A stretch of DNA of 64,000 nucleotides from Acanthaster planci (taxonomy: Eukaryota). The translations under genes were made by a program, and so were the position numbers. The stretch's first letter is position 1, and every line of letters begins with the position of its first letter. The notes beneath the pieces are model-generated. The model searched no databases, had not been told where the DNA came from, and was given only the letters and a program-made list of their open reading frames with translations. The DNA is taken from contig NW_019091356.1 in assembly GCF_001949145.1 (NCBI RefSeq), positions 62,001-126,000 on the forward strand, written 5' to 3'. Below are positions 38,001 through 48,924 of the stretch, one piece after another.

Positions 38001-41000
38001 AATGTTCCAAATGTTTCCAGATGGTTTTCCGTTTGGAGATGGTACTTTTCCTTCTTTTGGGCCTGGAGATGCTGATGATGGGGATACCGTTCCTGTAAAC
38101 GAGGACGAAGAAACCACGAGGCCGGAGGGTGAAGGAAATGAAGACGGGCCTGGAGATGAAGGACCAGTAAGACCTGGGCCAGATGGAGGTGACAACTTAC
38201 CACCTGGCCATGGAAATATAAGGCCAGATACTAACGGACGCAATGGTAGTGTGATCTCTACTGACCGGGACATTCCATGGCAGCAACTACTCGGACAATT
38301 TTTCGAGTGGCTCGAAGCTGAAAGAGATAGCTGGCCCTGGAACATGAACACCGGTGGAAACGAAGAAATGATGCCTGGCACTAACGAAGATGAAAGTACG
38401 AGGCCAAGACCGAGTGAGAGTGATATGAGGCCTGGTGACGACGGGGAAGTTGATTTTGAGAATAGCGAAGAAAGTGAAACACGATCCGACGACCATGAAG
38501 CTGAAGTGGGGCCTGGAAATGAAGGAGGTGAAGACGATGAGGAGATGGCTGGAGATCATGATGAAGAAACAACGCCTGGTGGGACAGGAGGAGAGACATC
38601 CGAAGAAGCATATAGCCCACTTGAGGGCGTCACTCAGCTTATTGGACTTGTTTCTGGAAGAAACCCCACATCTAACCATACTAGTATAGGCAGTCTTCCA
38701 TGGCAGCAGTTATTCGATTTGTTTCCTGGTGGAGTTCCTTTTGCAGACGGAGAAATATCAGTGACCCAATTTATCAATGTGTTTCCACGTGGATTGCCTG
38801 ATGTAGGAAACTTTACAAGGAGAGTTCCTCTATCAGATGTTCTGAACAATCGTTCGTCTGAAAGACCTGTTCAAGGTAATAGCACATTTCCGTGGATTGG
38901 TGCAGCACAAACAAGCTTGCTGGGTGTAGGAGACAGAGAACTGACTTGGGAAGCACTGTATCAACGACTTCCAAATGGCCTTCCAATTGGGAATGAAGTT
39001 GTTCCATGGGATGCACTGCTTATGTTGTTTCCCAATGGACCTCCCATAGCAGATGATGAATCTGGTGATGGATGGACTGGCCAAGTGCCACAAAATTTCC
39101 TAAATCTGGGAGATGGTAGCGTCACATGGGAAGATTTGTTTGAAATATATCCTAACGGTGTTCCTGCTGGTGATTATGTTATTTCCTGGGAAGTCCTGTT
39201 CACAATATTTCCCAATGGGCTACCACTGGAGGACGGGGGTACTTCTGGTGAACCTGCTGTTAATATGCCACGTCCTATGGCATGGACTGGTATGATTCCA
39301 TCCGAAATCCTTGATTTAGGTGATGGTAGTTTAACATGGGAACAATTGCAACAACAATTCCCAGATGGTATTCCATTAGGTAATGAAACAATTACATGGG
39401 AAGTACTGTTCATGATGTTTCCGGATGGTCCCCCAGTTGCAAGTTACGACTGGTCTTGGTTAGTCTCAGGGTTTCTCTTAGGGCGTCCCCTAGAGGATGG
39501 CAATGGACAAGAGAACCCAAATCCTGGCACAGGAGCAATGAATGGTCATCCGTGGGAAGATCTGCTGGATGTGATACTCACTTGGTTACCTTCCTTTCCT
39601 GATGATTGGAGTGATGATGGAGGTACACCTAATGACAATCCAGGGAATGGAGGAATACCTGGTGTAAGACCACCTTCAGGAGGTCAATGGAGTGGCCTTA
39701 TACCAACAGGCTTATTTGACTTTGGTAATGGCAGTGAAACGTGGGAACAACTGGTTGAACAGATTCCTGGTGGACTTCCGTTTGATACGGGAAACATACC
39801 ATGGGAAACACTTTTCAGTTTGTTCCCATCAGGGCTTCAGCCTCGTCTTGAGGAATGGCCATGGTCGCTCGATCAGATGTTCACAGGAAATAATGGGATG
39901 CCACCTAACATGGGCGGCGTGTCAGAACATACTCAAGAACAGCTTCGACCACTTATTCAAATGCTCTTGGAGAAGTTATGGAGTGGAGAAATTCTCATAG
40001 ACATGATAGTACACTTTCAGGCAGGTGAAATTCCATGGCAGGACATAGCATTGATATTTCCAAACGGCATTTCGTTTGGGGACATAACTGTTCCTTGGCA
40101 AGAACTAATCGATTTATTTGGTGGTGATGGCTATGGTGGTATGTCTGGTGGTAGTGGACATGAAGGGATGATGCCCAAACCATGTCTAAGATTTCCCTTT
40201 GGAGAATTCATACCAAGACATCCCTACTACAGCAGTGACAGTGGGGGATCATCCAGTATGTCAAGAGGTGACAGTTCCAGTGAAATGGAGTCAGGAAGTG
40301 GTGGCATGATGCCAGGAAGTGGTGAAGCCGTTGGTATGATGCCTGGAGGAGGTGAAGCCCCTGGAATAGTACCTGGAAGTGGTGAAGCCGGTGGTATGAT
40401 GCCTGGAAATGGTGAAGCTGGTGGTATGATGCCTGGAAGTGATGGAGTCAGTAATATGATGCCAGCAGGCAAAGCACCAACGGAAGGTGACATGGTGTAT
40501 TTCTTCTGTCAGCCTGGCTACAAGCTCATTGGCTCTCCCAGCATTACCTGCTCGTGTGATGGTACATGGAATGGTTTATCTCCAAGGTGCAAAGGTATGT
40601 TTTTGTTTTCTGGGGGGTTTTTTTCAAATCTTGTATAGCCATTAATTCTAGAATTTTTGGAAAAAGATACACATGTATCATGGCAAATTTCATGTTGTAA
40701 TCTCATGTACAGCAATAACGAAGCCAACTGTGATGCCGGATAACACAACACCATTTGCTGAATTTACAACCCTGGACTCTGATGACCAAACATCAGGAAT
40801 ATTCAAGCAAGAGTTGACGACCATCAATCCCTTTAAAGAAACAACATCTGCTTTAGAAGAAGTAACCATGCTGGGTGAAATGGAATTTTCAACTACAATT
40901 ATGGTTGATGAAGTTACAGAAGATTCAAGTGAACATCCAAATTTGGAAACAGATGAACCAAAGGGATCAATGACTAGTCCAACAGTTCAACAAACCGATT

Positions 41001-44000
41001 CAAAAACTCAGGCAAAAGAACTTACAACCAGCCCAAATCCAAAGTTACAATCAACAGATCAACCTGGAGATCCCACAATTAGTCCACAACCAAAGTTGCA
41101 GACCACTGTTCAACCAAGTGATGCCAGTACAAGTCCACAGCAGAAGACACAAACAAGTCTACCATCAAATAATCCAACAACGGTACCCCCTGGAGAGTCA
41201 CAGTCTACTTCAAACATTGAAACGACAAACAGTGAGCAGTACAATGACTGAAATTAATATTAGTCTGATAGAGAATACATATCAAATAATCCTTCATTTT
41301 TGTAGAAAATATGCTCATACGAGTAGTTCATTAAAACTGCAACATCATATTATTATTTATTTTAATTTATATAAATTTTTTGCTCCCAGATCCATGCAGT
41401 TCGAATCCTTGTGCGGAGAAAGCAAACAGCCAATGTGTCACTACGGACCAGGGAGCCTTTGCGTGTTCTTGTTTACCGCAGTTTTTTGAATCTGATGGTC
41501 AATGTGAACGTGAGTAGAACTGCCATTGTACTTGCAGTTTCAAGGCAAAAGATCAGGTATAACAAATGTGAATAATATTTTTATTCCCAACTGAAACTTC
41601 TGAAATAACCACGAACATACAAGCAATTGCATACAAATATATTTGGGCCTTTCTGCACAACTTGTAGCAATATTCAGTGTTGTAACGAGTCACTAAATTT
41701 GGTGACTCAAGTTGAGACGAGTCAGTTTAACACTGACTTGAGTCAAGTCAAGTCACTTTATGTAGTGGAGTCATCAAGTACCAAGCTCGAGTCAATTTGA
41801 GTCACAATTTTTTTCACAAAATACAATAACAGGACAACTACGTGTGAGTCATTTTTTAAAATTTTTATTTCATTTGGACATACTGAAAGTAAATTAGGGT
41901 GACAGGTATCTAGCCAACTAAAACTTTGATTTTTACTTTATTGAGACTCTAGTCTTATAAGTTTGTATTCGAGTCTCCATGAGAGATTCAAGTCGAGTCA
42001 TTTGGTCGCNNNNNNNNNNNNNNNNNNNNNNNNNNNNNNNNNNNNNNNNNNNNNNNNNNNNNNNNNNNNNNNNNNNNNNNNNNNNNNNNNNNNNNNNNNN
42101 GGATAGGCCTACTCAAGTCGAGTCATTTGGTCGCAGATAGGCCTACTCAAGTCGAGTCATTTGGTCGCAGATAGACCTACTCAAGTCGAGTCATTTGGTC
42201 GCAGATAGGCCTACTCAAGTCGAGTCATTTACCTGTTGGGATTCGAGTCGAATCACCAAGAAATGGAACTCAGGTCATTACAACTCCGCCAATATTTTGG
42301 TTGGGAAAAGTTTTTTTATTAACAATTACCACTGTCTCAAATTTTGCAATTTCCATACAGCATCACAGTCATTCAGTGGAACTTTACGAATCACTCAGAT
42401 TGACAGTCAACCAGCAGACTTCACTGAAGAATTACAAGATCCTTCGTCAGAAACATTTAAATCAATGGCAGCCAGCATGGAAAAGACGGTAAGCATAAAT
42501 CTCGTAGCACGCTTAAAAACTATCAACGTAAATCAAGGTAACTGAAACAGGTATCCTGCACAAAAGGAAAGCCGTGTATACACCATCCACACAAATTTTA
42601 AAAAGAAAAGTAAGGACAGAAAATTGGAATCTTTGACATTTTTGATTCAGTTCTTTAGTTTAGTACACGTACACGTACATGAAATCTGTCACCAAGAGAC
42701 ATCCATACTCAAAACAAGAATACGGTAACCTCCAAATCTATGTCATTATCAATCTTGGACATTAAAGACAAACTCACAAAACTTGCTGAGATGCTTTGAA
42801 AGGATACTTGCTAGTGAATGATATTTTATTGACTGCAGCTTAAGTTTAAATCAGCACTCTGTACTGTACCATATGCTTCTTGAAAACATCAACTTTTTAT
42901 TTCAGATTGACAGTATTTACCTGACAAGCAGTCCAGCTATTGCAGAACGATACCTTGGGAGTACAGTCTTAGGATTTAAGAATGGATCCATTGTTGTTGA
43001 TTACATTGCACACCTTAACAATACTCAAGATGAATCTACTGACGATCCTACCGTTCTTGAATCAGCATTTGAAGAAGCTTACATGAAGAGTACTAAGTCA
43101 GGAAGTCTAAATATCACAGTAGATGTAGCTGCAAGTACAGTGACAGGTTAGTTAGAAGTTTGACATAAGCCAACGAAAATCCCTACCGCAAAGCCTCTTT
43201 GAGAGACTAGTTACTCAGAGAGTTGCATGAAATTTGTTTCTTAATCTAAAAAACAAAAACCATTTTCTAGCTTTTTTCAAAGCTAAACTTATTGAGTTTA
43301 TCTAATTCCAAGGTACCAGGTAAACTGAGGGCAAGGTTATTTATGGAAAACATTTAAAATGATGGATTTCACAAATGTTGTGCCATTCAGTATCACCAGT
43401 TACAGAAACACACCTAGACCAGTAAATCAAAGTCTGAAATCAACCATGTATCTTCTCTGTTACTTCTGGATTATAATTTGTAGGATGCACACACAAGATT
43501 CAAGTCATATACAAGTATGTTTGCAAGTGTACATACAAGTTATAGTCAGGTATAACTTGTACCTCATCCATAACGACTCTATATGACTAGGTTATAATCA
43601 ATAAGGCATTCGTACACATTAAGTTTAACATACACATTGTAATTTGTGTTTTTGGATAATATTTTATCAGCTTGTAAATTGTACACAGGTACAATTTAAT
43701 ACAAGTCTGGCATACACATGAGTTACTATAATGAATATTTATGGATGCAAAGGGAAGAATAATTTCACCAGGAAAATGTTCTACTAAATCAAACATTAAA
43801 TCTCTTACAACGAATGAAATTATTCCTTCACTGCTTCCAATATTAAGTATTTTGGTTCATACAACGCCTGAATAAACCACATTTGTGTACATGTCCCCAT
43901 TTTACTTTGTCAGACTGACGTAAAATCATGCCATGACATTTTTGTATACAACTCTACACACAACTTATAACTTGTACAAGTCATACAAGTGGGTTATGAC

Positions 44001-47000
44001 ATGTACTAATAATTAGCAGTACATATATATATAACTTGTGCATACCAAGCAAGCTGCATCAGGTATAAAACAGATTATAACAAATATGTTATATATATTT
44101 TAAGCCGTACATTACTTATAACTCACACATACAACATGTGCAGAAGGCAACTTGTAACTACAAGGTACAAGTCGCAGGTATGCCTTATAGCCCGCACAGG
44201 TTAGCAGCAGTGAAGGTCACAAATTACACAGCTTTGTCCAGAACAAAAGTAACAGGGCTTGGGCATTTTTGTCCAAGCACGTTTGGGTATGCATGTCATA
44301 CATGCAACCTCTTTTTGAAGAATAGCATAAAATGACAGAACTTACCGGCTGTTGTTTCTTGTTTGTTAGACCTGGATGAGTGTGCTCTATCAGATACCAA
44401 TGACTGCTCCTCCAATGCTACATGCATCAATCTCCCTGGGTCATTTACCTGCCAATGTCATGCAGGATTTCAAGATGTTTCAGCAACACCAGGACGACCA
44501 GGCAGAAGTTGTACTGGTAATGACACAAAGCAAATACAAGCACAAGAGGAGTTATGCTGTTATAATGAAAGCTTTACAAAGCAAGAAACCATGATTTTCA
44601 TTTTTCTCCCCTAGCAAAAAACATTTTGGAAATGACATGACACCAACTCTTAGTGATTGATACATTGATGACAGGAATCTTGACAAAATCAGCACACTTC
44701 ATACATGCACGTCTTCAGAGACTGAAGTAATCATCACGTCTGTACAAGATATCACAATGATTTTGGTGTTCCATTCAGGCAAATACTGGCCAAAAATTGG
44801 GATGGTTGCAAGGGAAATCCTAATAATATATTTAAAACAATATATTTATATCAATGCTTGTGTTATGTCTGAGTAAACTGCAAAGCTAACAAAGTGTAAT
44901 AGCTGTCAGAACTTGGGGAATAAAGCACAAATAAAATTGAAATGGCTTAATATTAAGTTGATTTACTGCAGCTTAATATATGTGCTCTTACTTGATCATT
45001 CTAACAGTTTCAAAGCCGTCAGTATGTTCCACATCTAACGTTGAGTGCTCCCGTAATGCCACCTGTTACGACACAGACACCAGACCCGAAGGTTATAGCT
45101 GCCAGTGCCGCATTGGATTTGCTGATAGATCACCTCAAGTCATCCTAAAGCCTGGTAGAATCTGTGAAGGTAAAGTTCATCAGTTAACCTTGAAGATGTA
45201 GCATGTCAGAGGGCTCCTGCTTGCAGCAAAATGTCAGGGAATGGACTTGCATACATGCTGAACATCCTCTTTAAAAGCCAGTTCTTTGAGTTTTTAGTGG
45301 AGTTGTAAATTGAAAAGTAAATCCCCAACATGACAACTATGGACAAACCGAACCTAAGGCTTTTACTTTCCATAAATGGATTGCTCATTGCTTATCCACA
45401 TATAGGTATATGAGCCCCCTCTATCAAAAGCTTGTAACAAAACCTCTTCTGTAAAGGTAAGGATAACAGTTTTTAATAAAAATGACCATACTAATTTTTC
45501 ACGTTTCAGAATTTTGCCCTTCGTCAAATTGTTTCAATGGTGGATCCTGTGTTAATATCTATGAAACCGGGGAGCAAATATGCAGGTAACTACTTGAAAG
45601 CGTACCACAAAGAACTTGAAATAAATCATTTTCTTTCTGGTCAATAAAAAAAATGAGCATCTTTTGGGTATCCATCATTTTAGTCTTTTTATTTATTACA
45701 CATCTACATTGTATTCTGCTTATCTCATTGGCAGATAAAATTATTAACGCACTTACACTTCTTGAAAAGAAAGGTGATGAATGGATCTTGACTGAAGTAC
45801 TGACGAGTAGACAAGCAACTTGTTCATTGTCAGATTTAATTATCAGGAGTGAAATGGCTCACCACATTTCTCTTTTAAACAAATGTGCCCTGGAAAGGGG
45901 TTCAAAGTACCTTGACAACCAGAACAAGAAACTCGCAAATACACTTAATCTGATCAGTGCTATTGATAATTCTTACCACGTTTCTGCATTCTGATTGACG
46001 ACAGTTGCCCAGACGGTTACACAGGCCTACGATGCGAGGAGGCAGAGCAGACAGGTTGGTCTCTTCCAAATTCATTTAACCCTAAAAGAGCCCTGTTATT
46101 TTCTTTATTTTGGCCCGTCAGACAGCAGGGGGGTAATTAAGTAATAGAGTAATTAGAATTGAGTAGGGGGAATACAGTAATTTCTACCCTGTCTGTTTGT
46201 TGTTGTCAGATTCTTCCCCCCCCCCAAAAAAAAACTCGGCTGTGTCTCGCTTAATATTCTTTTGGAACTTGGCATGCATATAAAAAAACACTCCTTATCA
46301 TTACAAGTGTGAAGTTTGAACTCATCAATTAGAGGTACAGTTTTGTTGTCATTTAAGTTCAAGGCCACATTTATGCCAGCCTGCTTGCATTGAGCACCAC
46401 AGTCAAAAAAGTAAACATTTTTGCCTGGCCTGTCTCAGAAAAATGCACACTACACAAGAACAGTATGTCTATTTTCACAAAACTGGAGTCAAAATGACTG
46501 CATTACTCTAAATCTGTTTAAGGCTAAATGCCAAAAAAAAATACACTGCAGTGATATCAGGCAAAATGTTGAGGGGGCGAATTCCACCCCCACCTCACCC
46601 CACCCCCAGCTCTTTTAGGGTTAAACATTGTGACAGAATAACCACATATTGGACTCACCATTATCCATCTCTTTACAGGCTTGTCAGACACACTCATCCT
46701 GGTTATCAGTTTGACTTCAGTGGCCAGTCTTGTCATCATTTGTGTTGGCCTTCTACTGTGTTTCACCTTTTACCATCGCCAAACTAAGAAGAATATTAAG
46801 AGGCTTTCCCTGAGATCTTATCCAGTCAAGAGGGACTTGTCTCGCTTTGTTAGGGATGAGGAGGTTTGGGATCCCATCACTGTTGAAACTAGGTCCCAAG
46901 ACAGCAGACAGTCTCTGGTCAGAGAGGTTAGTTGAAGGATATCTATGATATACGGTAGACAAATTAAATGCTGTGGATTCAGAACCAATGCAGGCACAAG

Positions 47001-48924
47001 AATGTTTGACGTGGCTGTTTTAGAGTCCTGAAAGGCTAGTTAACTCTTAGCACTGCCAGTTACTGGACAGAAAAAGGTATTTCTTCTGACATTCTCTGCA
47101 CTGAGGGACTAATCCACTTAGAATGAACACAACTACATCCAGCCAGAAACATTACATAAGAGTAACAAAAGACCAATGAATCTCACTGTCTGACCTCAGA
47201 GGGCATGCACATGATGAAAAGGGAACTTCAAGCAATGCTGGGCTTTGCATACAGCTGGCTAAGGTGAAAAAATAGTCAAATTAGACTCTTCTTATGACAA
47301 TACAGGATATTTAATGCCATGTTCCCGTGAGATTCAGCTCAAATGGTATTGAGCACCATATGTACAAAGTTGAAAAACAGATATAGCATGTCAGGTGCAT
47401 ATGTATTACTGCACATTAATTGCAGCCAAAACAGTTTTTACCACTTTATTCCTGTATTGAAGTTTAATTTCTGCAGCTTTCTGGAGGCAACAAGATTGCA
47501 TTGCAATAATTCCACAGCATTTTAACCAATTTTCTTTTCCTTGCTCTTTGAAAGTCTCTTCACCAAGATGACTATCTCAGGCCTGGACCATCATCTGAAC
47601 CCAGACACTTAAATTATCCAAATGACATAGGGGAAGATAACCCAGATTTCATTGAAGAAGAATTTGAATCTCAAAGTAAATATATTGCTGATGCCATGAG
47701 CAAACTCCCAGAAGTTGAGGTAGGTGAAATGAAGATATTTGGAAACTAAAACAAAAATCCTTTATATTTGTTCCATTGGTAATTTAAAATTTAGAAACAC
47801 ATTAATGCCTCTGTGAAATTGTTCAATAATTCAAATACATGTAGTTTCCTGATTTCAATATAAGCCAGATTAATTTTAAAGTGTAAATTAAATAAGAGAT
47901 CAACAAGTTTCTATTTGTACTTTGAATCATTACTAAAGAGAAGAAATAAAAGCACTGGTTCCTGAATGTAAAAATACCTCTTTCAAAAGGATTGGTGAAT
48001 ACAAAGTACTTTATTGTATTTGGGATTCCAGAGGAGGATGCGTAAAGAGGTGCGTTCCCTTGGCAACTACAACTTTGGTCAGGAACCAGACTACCGTGAC
48101 AATTTTGTCAGGCCCTACATGGCCCCTGAGGTTATCCCAATTGACCAATACCTCCAGGTATGGAAAGGAAGGCTAATTTACATGTAAAAACAAAATGTAC
48201 ATCATATGTACTTACCTACAAGCTCTCAGGCATGCCTCCATCTCGTCACAATCCAAGCAAATGTCTGTCAATGGATAGTGAAAACTTTCCTTGGAACAGA
48301 CAGCATAAACAGTTTTTAAATAAAGAAGTTTTCAAAGAAATTCATGTAGTTTCATTGACAGAAAGCTGCACTTTCTTCTGTTTTAAATACGAATTTGGGG
48401 GATTCATACTGGAGGTAATTTATAACACAGGGAGAAATTGCTTGATATTTTCATCAGTCCATGTATTCTGTTAATAACAGTTCTAACCTAAGGGCTACTT
48501 GGTTTGGTGCTCTGAATAAAAAGGCATTCATCAGGACTGCCTGTCATCAAGAATGATTTGCAGTCATTAACAATTAATTTATCTGCATCAGGATCCACGC
48601 CGTTATAAAGTGTATGATGATGAATCAAGAGGGTATGGCTACGGACGTCCTAAGAGACCAACCATTGAACATCACCATGGTAACCGGATGAGTCTCCAAC
48701 AAGACTTACGAGGCAGCAGGATGTACCTTCCAAATGACAATGTTGCCATGCCAACTCAGCATGATTCTTACCCTATGGAAGATTTCTCCTCTCCAAGACA
48801 ATCCGTCCATCCGACAGCTCAGTATCCTCCAGCATCCCGTGCATATCTGCCTCCTTCCAAGACTGCCATACCCCTTCCTCAACCTCCCCCCCCACCACCA
48901 CTCCCTCCAGTTCCAAGGAATTAG
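29100..48924 (+). CDS. Large type I membrane protein (~2500 aa): signal peptide, 10 sushi/CCP, mucin-like PTS tracts, Trp-repeat region, EGF, SEA, cbEGF, 2 EGF, TM, cytoplasmic tail; 23 exons
   Basis: Phase-consistent GT-AG exons: 29100-29172 (MYHLPRSWWFVAITTFASLVTLSQ signal peptide); sushi exons 32626-32799, 33200-33370, 33766-33936, 34186-34350, 34609-34773, 35240-35404, 35556-35720, 36159-36323; 36602-37366 (PTS + sushi); 37586-40594; 40713-41231 (PTS); 41390-41509 (EGF); 42361-42488 and 42906-43146 (SEA); 44370-44516 (cbEGF, DLDEC); 45008-45169 (EGF); 45510-45585 and 46005-46054 (EGF); 46679-46926 (TM); 47555-47719; 48032-48157; 48592-48924. Total 7503 nt. Confidence 0.88.
30020..30790 (-). 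mobile_element. Decayed 3' fragment of an L2/CR1-group LINE in intron 1 of the sushi gene
   Basis: The minus strand reads APRYIS...RPISSL*S...*GDRAFSADTPKLWNVLP, matching the GDRAFSxxAPxLWNxLP C-terminal motif of L2/CR1-clade ORF2. It contains stops and is interrupted by a MITE-like insert. Confidence 0.75.
30190..30442. mobile_element. Possible hAT-type MITE inserted into the LINE remnant
   Basis: Imperfect TIRs caggcccgattcta / tagaaccgcaccag, G/C-run subtermini, and only a weak 8-bp flanking match (atgaataa / acgaaaag). Confidence 0.35.
31095..31274. mobile_element. 180-bp MITE, hAT (Tip100-like) type
   Basis: Perfect 12-bp TIRs CAGTGGCGTAGC / GCTACGCCACTG, internal gggggca repeats, and a degenerate 8-bp TSD caccagag / gaccggaa. 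Confidence 0.75.
36700..37010 (+). repeat. Coding 90-bp (30-aa) Ser/Thr/Pro tandem repeat, ~3.5 copies
   Basis: Units start at 36700, 36790, 36880, 36970: FSSPLMSTKPSGS..., FSSQPMSTKQSSS..., FSGPPMSTRPTSS..., SNSPSISTRPSG. Confidence 0.8.
40291..40470 (+). repeat. Coding 30-bp (10-aa) tandem repeat GEAGGMMPGS, 6 copies
   Basis: Consensus ggtgaagccggtggtatgatgcctggaagt repeated at a 30-nt period. Confidence 0.9.
41675..42288. mobile_element. Non-autonomous hAT-like element with GAGTC-rich subtermini and an internal 34-bp minisatellite (spans an N-gap)
   Basis: Imperfect TIRs CAGTGTTGTAACGA / TCATTACAACTCCG; 8-bp TSD GCAATATT (41667-41674) / CCAATATT (42289-42296); many GAGTC/GACTC motifs. 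Confidence 0.7.
41988..42230. repeat. 34-bp tandem repeat ctcaagtcgagtcatttggtcgcagataggccta
   Basis: Near-identical units at 42112, 42146, 42180 and 42214, and a partial unit before the N-gap; true copy number unknown. Confidence 0.9.
46080..46620. mobile_element. piggyBac-like MITE, 541 bp
   Basis: TTAA|CCCTAAAAGAGC ... GCTCTTTTAGGG|TTAA: perfect 12-bp TIRs with CCC/GGG ends and a TTAA target duplication. Confidence 0.85.

Noticed and set aside
37746..40493. Many overlapping antisense and alternate-frame ORFs in the giant exon
   Set aside because: These are expected shadows of a long, low-complexity coding frame and show no independent motifs.
41988..42230. CRISPR-like array (34-bp repeats)
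   Set aside because: No spacers; it is a tandem array inside a TIR element.
43300..44200. ACAAGT/ACTTGT-rich intronic segment, possible foldback element
   Set aside because: No clear termini or target duplication could be defined.
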